From NCBI GenBank assembly GCA_035575475.1, contig DATLXT010000027.1, positions 1 to 37,609 on the forward strand: a stretch of 37,609 nucleotides of DNA. The letters are read 5' to 3'. Position numbers and translations under genes: made by a program. Source of the DNA: Gemmatimonadales bacterium (GTDB lineage Bacteria > Gemmatimonadota > Gemmatimonadetes > Gemmatimonadales > GWC2-71-9). Below the pieces are notes generated by a model. The model was given only the letters and a program-made list of their open reading frames with translations, made no database searches and had not been told where the DNA came from. Shown here piece by piece: positions 30,414-37,609 of this stretch (its first letter is position 1; each line of letters begins with the position of its first letter).

Positions 30414-30842
30414 GTGAAGCAGGTCGCGTTGGTTGCCTGCGTCTGGCTGGCGCTGGTGGCGTGCTCCACGCGGCGTCAGCCATCGAGTGTCCTGACCGGC
30501 CCATCGGGCGGGCGGCTGATCACGGCGGACATGATCGAGGCGAGCGGCGCTACGACGGCCTGGGACGCGCTCCGGCGGACCGTCCCGAACATCTCCTTTC
30601 GCGAGACCAGCCGCGGAACACCGGCGCGGGTGGTCCGCCGGGGCCGGTCAAGCATCTATCTGAACGACCAGCCCCGGGTGGTGCTGGATGGCGCCACGCT
30701 GTCGGACTTCCAGGTGTTGGACCAGATCCCCGCGCGAGACGTCTTCAGCATCGAGGTCCTGAGCGGTATCCACGGCACGACCTACTACGGCACGGGCGCC
30801 GCGAACGGGGTGATTCTCATTCGCACGCGTACGGCTCCGTAA
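30414..30842 (+). CDS. Small lipoprotein with a stand-alone TonB-receptor Plug-like domain (paralog P2)
   Basis: 142 aa from the GTG at 30414. Lipobox WLALVACS. ITADMIEASGATTAWDALRRTVPNISF ... VVLDGATL ... SIEVLSGIHGTTYYGTGAANGVILIRTR is close to the SusC Plug [28 protein letters not shown]. Confidence 0.76.
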   Translation: MKQVALVACVWLALVACSTRRQPSSVLTGPSGGRLITADMIEASGATTAWDALRRTVPNISFRETSRGTPARVVRRGRSSIYLNDQPRVVLDGATLSDFQVLDQIPARDVFSIEVLSGIHGTTYYGTGAANGVILIRTRTAP

Positions 30843-30868
30843 CCGACGGACTCCGGCGGCACAACGAC

Positions 30869-30906
30869 GACGGGGGAGCCCGGTGATCGGCTCCCCCGTC
30901 CCTTTT
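30869..30906 (+). terminator. Rho-independent terminator after P2 (between convergent genes)
   Basis: 12-bp stem GACGGGGGAGCC / GGCTCCCCCGTC with an 8-nt loop, followed by CCTTTT. Confidence 0.72.
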
Positions 30907-30919
30907 GCGCTCCTCCCTG

Positions 30920-32278
30920 TCAGGGCGTCGTGGTCGAGCACGCCCCAGTGTAGTTCGTGTTGTTTCGTTCCTCGAATGGGACCGGCAGGTTGACATCGTC
31001 CCCGTACGTCACGCCCTTGGGCGAGACCCCGGTGGGGAAGACCTCGTCCTCCGTCCGGCCGTACTGACGCATGAGGCGCCGCAGGTCACCCAGCCGATGG
31101 CCCGTGAGAAACAACCAGAACGCCCGCTCGCGGAACATCAAGTCTTCCCGCCCCCGGGCCGTGCCCGGATCAGCGAGCGGTCCCAGCCCGGCCACCGGCC
31201 CGTTCGCCCGGATGTAGTTCAGAGTGTCCAGCCACGCGCCGGCGTTCCCCGCCTGGAGCAGCGCCTCGGCGATGATGAGTTTGGCCTCGAGTCCGTCGGC
31301 GATGGGCACCGGAGTGGTCCGGGTCGGGTACTTGAGGGAGTTCCACTGTGGCGTGACCGCATCGAAGCCCACGCCGTCGGTGGGGTCCCGCACGACCTGC
31401 ACGCGCGGGTCGTTGGCACTCCGGAAATCGAGTCCCGTCCCGGCACTCCCGTCACGGTCGGCGACCGAGAAGCGTTCCGAGATCCAGTTGAACACGTGGA
31501 CCCCGTTCTGCTGGCGACCGGTGGTCACTGTGTGCGTGGTGCGGTATTGGAAGGTCAACGGCACCCCGGTGACGGTTGCCGCCGCGGCGGCAAACTGCCC
31601 GAGGTTCAGCTGCGCTCGGGCCTTCCCCACCCGCGCCAGATTCGCCCGGGCGACCGTCGCCGAATCGGTGGCGGTCAAATAGACGAGGGCGCTGTCGAAC
31701 CGCGCGATGGCGAGGTCGAAGATCTCGGTCGTGCTCTTGGGAGTTCCGAGGCCCGCCTCCAGGGAACTGAACGGCACGCCGGAGCAGTAGCTCTCGCCGA
31801 AGAACACGTAGGTGTAGCCGGCGAGCGCGAGGGCCTCTCCCACCCGCCGCTCGGGGGTGGGCGCGTACTGCTGCAACAGCCCCGCGGCGCTCTCCAGCGA
31901 CACCCGCGCGCGCTGAAGGTTGCGAAAGACCGCCGTGAGGGTGCCATTGCGCTCGTCGATGGATCGGTTCTCGTACTCCTGGCGCGTGGGGAACGTCTCG
32001 GAGTTCATGAGCTCGTCGCTCATCGAGCCGCCGACCAGAATCTGGCCCTCGGTACCGCCGGCGTCGCCGATGATGGCGAAGGAGAAGTCGCCGATCCCAC
32101 CGGCGAACGCGGCGGCTGCCCCGGCCGCGCTCTGGAGATCGCGGGGATTCACGATATCCGGGTCCGTGACTTCCAGGACCTCGTCCACGGAGCACGCGCC
32201 CAATGCCAGTGCCAGGCCGCCGGCCGCCAACAGGCGCAGGATACGCGGCATGGTCGCCTTCTTTGGAGTTCGGTTCAT
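30920..32278 (-). CDS. SusD/RagB-family outer-membrane lipoprotein (module B)
   Basis: Lipobox LALALGAC. 18 nt downstream of SusC. The N-terminal VLEVTDPDIV matches SusD of module A. C-terminal FRERAFWLFLTGHRLGDLRR. GGAGGA 8 nt upstream of the ATG. Confidence 0.85.
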   Translation of the reverse strand: MNRTPKKATMPRILRLLAAGGLALALGACSVDEVLEVTDPDIVNPRDLQSAAGAAAAFAGGIGDFSFAIIGDAGGTEGQILVGGSMSDELMNSETFPTRQEYENRSIDERNGTLTAVFRNLQRARVSLESAAGLLQQYAPTPERRVGEALALAGYTYVFFGESYCSGVPFSSLEAGLGTPKSTTEIFDLAIARFDSALVYLTATDSATVARANLARVGKARAQLNLGQFAAAAATVTGVPLTFQYRTTHTVTTGRQQNGVHVFNWISERFSVADRDGSAGTGLDFRSANDPRVQVVRDPTDGVGFDAVTPQWNSLKYPTRTTPVPIADGLEAKLIIAEALLQAGNAGAWLDTLNYIRANGPVAGLGPLADPGTARGREDLMFRERAFWLFLTGHRLGDLRRLMRQYGRTEDEVFPTGVSPKGVTYGDDVNLPVPFEERNNTNYTGACSTTTP

Positions 32279-32296
32279 GGTGTGGGTCCTCCGCCG

Positions 32297-35200
32297 TTAA
32301 AAGCCCAGGTTGACGCGGAAGATCCAGTACGTCACCGGGGGTTGGGTCAGGAAGTCGCGCACGAAGTCCGACTGCCCGATCTGGTTGATCTCCGGGTCTA
32401 CCCCGGTGTAGTCCGTGAACGTGGCGAGGTTGCGCCCGGTCACGGTGAAGCTCATCCGCTGCGCCCGCAGCGCCCGCGCCCAGGTGTCGGGCGCGTTGTA
32501 GGTGAGCGACAGCTCCCGCAACTTGAGGAACGTCGCATCCTCGATGTAAGGGCCCTGCGTCCGGCCGGTGGGGATGCTGCGGGCCGCGACCGCCCGCGCT
32601 TGGTCCCACAGCGGCGCCGAGGGATCGTTGATGGCTCGGCAGTTGTTCGCCGCCGACGAGGTGCAGCGGAAGTAGTCGGTCAGGTTGAACTGCTTGAAGT
32701 CTCCCCGGTAGTCCAGCTGGCCGCCCAGACGCAGCCGGTTGTTGAACAGCGACACCCCGCCGTTGAGGCTGAGCTCGGTACGCGGGATCGACGACCCCAG
32801 GAACTCCGCCGTGTCGCCCACGACGATTTCGCTCAGCTCGATGATCCCATCGCCGTCGGCGTCCGACCACGAGCGCAGCGGCCGCTCCCAGAAGCCGAAG
32901 AGGGGGTACCCGGGCACGTGCCGCTGCACCCCGGCGATGATCGGCTGCACGTTCTCACCCAGGGTGATGAGCTTGTTGATGTTGCGCGACCCGGCGAGGG
33001 TGAGGTCCACACCCACCGACGGCCCGATATTGAAGGTGGTCGTGATCAACCCCTCGACCCCCTTGTTCTCGACCGAGCCGATGTTCTCGAAGCGTGACGC
33101 CGCCGCCCCGAGCGATGGGGGCAGGATGCGCTGCACCAGTGCGTCGGTGGTCTTCTTGCGGTAATAGGTGAGCTCGAGATGCGCCTTCCCCTCCAGGAAG
33201 TCGGCATCGAAGCCGAGCTCGATCTCGGCCGACCGCTCCGGCTTGAGCGAGTCATTGCCTACGGCGGCGATGATCAGACCCGGCGTGTCGGTGCCGTTGA
33301 TCGTCGCTGTGACGTTCTGGAAGAACCGCTGGGCGTCGGTGCTCCCCGGCTGCACCCCGGACTGCCCATAGGCCGCGCGAAGCCGCAGGTTCGAGACCGG
33401 CGCCGCGGCCGGGAAGAAGGGTTCGTCAGAGACGACCCAGGATATCTGGGCCTTGGGGTAGGCCGCCGAGCGGAAGCTGGCGCCAAAGGCGCTGTTGTTG
33501 TCCACCCGCAGGCCGAGGTCCAGGAACAGCCGGTCCTTCCAACCAAACAACTGGTCCACGTAGAACCCGAGCGTGATGGTTTCCGTGGTGGTCTCGCCCG
33601 CGGTCTTGAGCGCACCCGCGCTGACCGTCTTGCCGCCAGGCGCGAACTCCGATCCGGTGGCCGTGACGCCGAAGAACCAGTCCCGGAGATACTGCGCGCC
33701 CGCCGACGTCTTGGAGGTCAGTTCCGGACGGAGCGTGAAGCTGGCGGTCCCGCTCACATCCACCGTGGTTTGGGCGATCTCGAAGCGGTTGTCGGACCGG
33801 CGGCCCCGCCGGAACGTGGCGAACGCCGGGCCCTCGTTCAGTCCCTGGAACTGGAGGTCCAGGCGGTTGGTGTAATCCAGCCCCACGGTCGCGCGGGCCG
33901 TGAGGTAGTCGGTCGGGCGCCAGTTGGCGTTGCCGCTACCCGTGAAACGGGTGATGTCCTGCTCGGTCAGAATGGCGAACACCTCGCCCGGCCGGAAAAA
34001 CCCCCACTCCTGGCCCGCGCGGGCCTTCCCGAAGTAGCCGCTGGGCAACATCCCCGTCACGTTGTTGTCGTTCTGCGGCAGACGCCCGTCGCTCTTGACG
34101 AGCCCGAGGTTCACCGAGACGTCCGCCCGGTTGGACAGCGTGGCCTGCACATTCGAGCGCACGCTGAACTTCTTCACGTCATTGGGACGGTACGTCTCGT
34201 ACGGCAGCTCCGACACCTGCCGTTCGGCCGCGATCCGCGCATACTCCCCCTCGGGCAGGCGGTAGTGGCCGAGTTCGTCCTCGTATTCGGCCGAGAAGAA
34301 GTACCGCGCCTGCTCGCTGCCCCCCGATACCTGCGCGCCCACCTGCCCCCGCCATCCGGTGCCCAGGAACGTGGTAGAATCGTTCATCAGGACGTTGAAG
34401 CTCGTCAGGCTATCGATCACGCACGTGCCGGCCGCAAAGGACGTCAGGAAGCATTGCGTGGCCGTGTTGCCCGGAACGGTCCGGCCCCAGCTGAAGTAGT
34501 TGGTGGGGTAGGTATTGTTGTCGTTCAGGACGCCGATCTCGGAGTAGACCAGCCAGGTCGGGCGCCCCGCCAAGCCGCGCTTGGTGGTGATGCGGATGAC
34601 GCCGTTGGCTGCCTGCGTCCCGTACAGCGTCGCCGCCGACGGCCCCTTGATAATCTCCACCGACTCGATGTCTTCGGGGTTGATGTCGTTGATGCGAGAG
34701 AACGACTGACCCCCGGTGCCGACCGACAGGGAGTTCGAGCCGCTCTCGATCCGGACACCATCCACGTAGTATACCGGTTCGTTGGACAGCGAGAGGCTCG
34801 ACAGCCCGCGAATCCGCACCCGGGCGCCGGCGCCCGTGGTGCCGCTGCTCTGGAGCACCTGGACGTTGGCGGCCCGACCGGACAGGAGGTCGGCGAAGTC
34901 GCTGATGGGCGCCGCCTGCGTGACCTGGTCAGCCTTGACGGTCGCCACCGCGTTCCCCAGCTCCCGCGCTCGGGCGGCCTCACCGGTCGCGGTGATCGTC
35001 ACAGCATCGAGGGAGACGACCGCCTGCCGCAACGCAAAGTCTGCCGTGGCCATGGCGCCCGCCTCGACCGTGACGGTCTGGATGGCGCTGGCGTACCCGA
35101 TCACCGACACGCGGACCTCGTGAGTCCCCACAGGGACACTCCGCAGGGTGTAACGACCTTCCACGGTGGTGACGGCCGCGATGTTGGTGTTACCCAACAG

Positions 35201-35356
35201 CACGCGCGCGCCCGCCACCGGCTGGCCCGTCACCTGATCGGTCACCGTCCCGGTGACCGTCCCCGTTTGCTGCGCCGCCGCCACGAGCGGCAGCGCCAGC
35301 ACCAGACCGACCAGGGCCGCCACCGAAACGATCGGACGAAACTTGTCGATGTTCAT
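32297..35356 (-). CDS. SusC/RagA-family TonB-dependent outer-membrane transporter (module B)
   Basis: I take the start as the ATG at 35356 ([36 protein letters not shown] upstream), parallel to the module A SusC. CarboxypepD_reg-like [21 protein letters not shown]. TonB box-like LDAVTITA. Plug [28 protein letters not shown]. Ends ...FRVNLGF. Confidence 0.92.
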   Translation of the reverse strand: [1019 protein letters not shown]

Positions 35357-35600
35357 CGCTAGTTCCTCTCCCAGATTGGGAAAACGATCCCTGCCCCACA
35401 ACGCGATCTCGCTCCGCTCCATCACCTCCTTGCAGGTAGGGCGACCTCGCTTCGAAAAGCGACAACTCGGCCGTCGCCGGGGCACGAGCCTCACTCCCAG
35501 CCTCCGTGGCGGGCAGGGCCGCGCTGAGGGCGCCCGGGCCCAGCCCACATAGGGATATCCCTGAGTTCCCCACTCGGCAAGCCCTGAGCCGGGATGGACG

Positions 35601-36401
35601 CTAAGGCACGACCGGAGGGACGGTATCGAAGGTGGCCAGCAGGAACAGCACCGTGTCTCCCATTTCCCGGCGCTGGGTCCGGTACCGCGAGACCTCGACC
35701 CGCTGGAGCTCGCTCAGGGCCCACGCCCCCAACAGCTCGGGGCGGATGGTCCCGTTGCCGTCGTCCCGCCAGTCGCAGACCACCTGCTCATTGAAGGCCG
35801 TCGATCCCTGACGCGCATAGATGAGCAGCACCTCGACCCGCGAGCTGTCATCCCCCACGGGCTCCCAGGTCACGCTCAGCGGCTGGTCGGTGGGCGGCCG
35901 CGCCGGGATCGGCGACAAGGCCTGGAGCGCCGGCGCGGTCAGCGAGGAAATGGTGGTGGCCGGAAAACCGCGGGGGGCGCCGGCAAGGCTGAAGGTCACT
36001 TCCGACCCGGGGACTATCGGCACATCGGGCGGGTTGGCGGCGTAGATGGTGACGCCAAAGCGGCGTATCGGCCGCAAGACCGCGGTGGTCGGTCCCGCCA
36101 CAAACAGGATGCTGTCCCCGGCGTCGACGTGGATGACGCTGACGTTGGTGGATTGCGGTACGAAGTCCCCTACCTGGCACGTATCCCCGGTCGAGCGCGA
36201 GTCACCAACCGGCGGGCGCCCCGCCAGGGCGAACAGCCCCTCGGGACGGGCCACGTAGCTCCCTTCGACAGACCGGGCGAAGAGCGTGAGCACGCCCACC
36301 GGGATCGTGGGTGCGGAGAACGTCGCTTCCCGGCAGGCGACCAGGGCCGCGCCCAGCGTGGCCCCGAGGAAGAGCCAGGGGATGGTTCGGGAGGCGCTCA
36401 G
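35601..36401 (-). CDS. Hypothetical lipoprotein (no recognisable domain), probable CTG start
   Basis: The ORF track starts at the GTG at 36299. The same frame is open upstream to 36446 and encodes a textbook lipoprotein signal SASRTIPWLFLGATLGAALVAC. The only start-like codon there is CTG at 36401-36399 (GGAG 7 nt upstream), 4 nt after the P3 stop. Confidence 0.6.
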   Translation of the reverse strand: MSASRTIPWLFLGATLGAALVACREATFSAPTIPVGVLTLFARSVEGSYVARPEGLFALAGRPPVGDSRSTGDTCQVGDFVPQSTNVSVIHVDAGDSILFVAGPTTAVLRPIRRFGVTIYAANPPDVPIVPGSEVTFSLAGAPRGFPATTISSLTAPALQALSPIPARPPTDQPLSVTWEPVGDDSSRVEVLLIYARQGSTAFNEQVVCDWRDDGNGTIRPELLGAWALSELQRVEVSRYRTQRREMGDTVLFLLATFDTVPPVVP

Positions 36402-36405
36402 CCTC

Positions 36406-36825
36406 TCACTCCGGTCTCGCGGGGGTGCCCCGAGTGTGCACGTGGATCACCCCGGCCAGGTTGTCGGACCCGAACCGCGCTTGGGCCTCGCTCGGGCTCA
36501 GGAACTCCACCCACAACGCCGAGCCCGCGGTCAGGCGCCGGAGCGACTCCGGCCCTCCCAAGCGCTGGCCGTCCAGGTATACCGTGACCTCGGCGGATGC
36601 CCGCGTCAGCGACGTCGGGCCCCTCGGCGTCGGCCGCAGCCAGCGGGGCCGGCGCATCCGGATCGCGTCGTACAGGGTCCCGGCCCCGGACTTCTCGATC
36701 TCTTCCTGAAGCAACACCCGGTCGGTCGAGGCTGCGGGCCCGGTATCGGATGTCCGGGCCGTTCCGCAGGCCGTGACCAGGAGCGCGACCCACAGCAGGA
36801 GAACCTTGCGCGACCACTGCATCAT
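36406..36825 (-). CDS. Small lipoprotein with a stand-alone TonB-receptor Plug-like domain (paralog P3)
   Basis: Start at ATG 36825 or 36822 (GGGAGG upstream). Lipobox ALLVTACG. It aligns almost without gaps to P1: VLLQEEIEKSGAGTLYDAIRMRRPRWL ... VTVYLDGQRLGG ... VEFLSPSEAQARFGSDNLAGVIHVHTR. Confidence 0.7.
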   Translation of the reverse strand: MMQWSRKVLLLWVALLVTACGTARTSDTGPAASTDRVLLQEEIEKSGAGTLYDAIRMRRPRWLRPTPRGPTSLTRASAEVTVYLDGQRLGGPESLRRLTAGSALWVEFLSPSEAQARFGSDNLAGVIHVHTRGTPARPE

Positions 36826-36910
36826 GCGCCTCCCGTACCGGCACGCCGCCAACAGCCTCGGCCTCCGCGCCCCCTCGGAGGCGGGGATTCCCCGACTTCC
36901 CTCGCCGGCG

Positions 36911-37609
36911 CTAGTTCGGCGGCCGCCGGTCGGTCAGGAATGCAAAGGCCGGAGTCGTGAAGGCCGGCGCCATGCTCCCGGGAACCGACGGGGGCAGGAC
37001 GACGATGGTGAGCACGGAACCCGCCATCCGCACGCCCGCGATCGGGCTCGAGGTCCCGGAGGCCGCGGCTCCCGGCGGCGCCGCCGTATTGGCCACGAGC
37101 AGGGGCGTCGTGGTGCCGGTTGCGGTGGTGGCCACCCGCAGGGCGGCCGTGTCCAGCTCGACGTATGGAGTGTATTGCCCATACGTGAGGTTGGTCCAGG
37201 TCGGCGTCGCGGACGGGGTTTGGCCCGCGGTGCTCGTGGTGCCCACGAAGACGTCCATGGCGCCCATGCCCGCGCCCAGGTGCAGGGCCCGAAGCGCGAC
37301 CTTCCCGGCCGCCGGGGCCGGGGCGTTGTCCTGCTGCACCACCACCGTAGCCGCGGGCGTGGACCCCGACCGCATGAACCCGGAGTGCACCACGGTGTAC
37401 AGCGCGTTCTCCGCGAAGGTGAAGTTCTGCTCGTGCACCACGGTCGAGGCGATCGCCGGATCCGTGCTGCTCAGGAACACCCGGAAGGTGTGCGTCCCGG
37501 CCCGGAGCGGCTGGTGGTGCACCTGGAGAGTCCGGAAGGCCGCGCCGAACATGCCGGCGTTGGTCACGAAGTCCACGAACCGGTAATCCATCGCCATGGT
37601 ATCGGGCAC
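36911..37609 (-). CDS. DUF4397-like secreted protein, 5'-truncated by the window edge
   Basis: The ORF is open to the window end. Repeated beta-rich units of the type KVALRALHLGAGMGAMDVFVG ... LTYGQYTPYVELDTAALRV resemble DUF4397 repeats. The family assignment is from memory only. Confidence 0.6.
   Translation of the reverse strand: MPDTMAMDYRFVDFVTNAGMFGAAFRTLQVHHQPLRAGTHTFRVFLSSTDPAIASTVVHEQNFTFAENALYTVVHSGFMRSGSTPAATVVVQQDNAPAPAAGKVALRALHLGAGMGAMDVFVGTTSTAGQTPSATPTWTNLTYGQYTPYVELDTAALRVATTATGTTTPLLVANTAAPPGAAASGTSSPIAGVRMAGSVLTIVVLPPSVPGSMAPAFTTPAFAFLTDRRPPN

Noticed and set aside
35357-35548. The N-terminal extension of SusC (module B) in the ORF track, including an ATG (MERSEIAL...) just after a perfect AAGGAGGTGA.
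   Set aside because: The extension would put about 28 or more mostly charged residues ahead of the signal peptide. The SD-to-ATG spacing is only 2 nt. The ATG at 35356 has its own SD and gives an N-terminus parallel to the module A SusC.
36853-36910. GCCTCCG...CGGAGGC and GGGGAATCCCC stems between the DUF4397 gene and P3, as a terminator or attenuator.
   Set aside because: These are short GC stems with no U-tail, of a kind expected by chance at this GC content. I could not distinguish read-through from termination.

Overview
This is a very GC-rich bacterial chromosomal segment (roughly 70% by eye, not computed). There are no rRNA or tRNA genes, CRISPR arrays, transposases or integrases. The high GC content together with SusC/SusD pairs, a CHRD protein and a DUF4397 protein suggests a Gemmatimonadota-like (FCB-group) organism, but that is inference only.

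Positions 1-24.5 kb hold tightly packed housekeeping genes. On the minus strand there is a four-helix-bundle gene, then obg, dprA, hemW, hrcA and dnaJ. On the plus strand there is lpdA, a small membrane protein, lipB and a sulfite-oxidase-family Mo-enzyme. These are followed by an M20 peptidase, a TPR protein, two HExxH peptidase-like genes and a cation/H+ antiporter. Next comes a plus-strand string of hisIE, dnaE, accA, PSP1/RicT and metG, then an M23 peptidase.

Positions 24.5-37.6 kb form an outer-membrane uptake region with two parallel minus-strand modules. Each module has a small stand-alone TonB-receptor Plug-like lipoprotein, a small accessory lipoprotein (CHRD in one module, an unknown protein in the other), SusC and SusD. 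A third Plug-like paralog lies between the modules, and a 5'-truncated DUF4397 gene sits at the window edge.

The most notable observations are:
- The four-helix-bundle (23S-IVS/Avd-like) gene is bracketed by inverted arrays of a 7-nt repeat that fill the whole obg/lpdA control region.
- The Plug-only lipoprotein family is linked to SusCD pairs that have no CAZymes or regulators nearby.
- Two genes show likely CTG initiation.
- A divergent promoter pair has leaderless geometry.
- Two long spacers upstream of the SusC genes are structured.

All calls come from reading the sequence and the ORF track. No database search was run.
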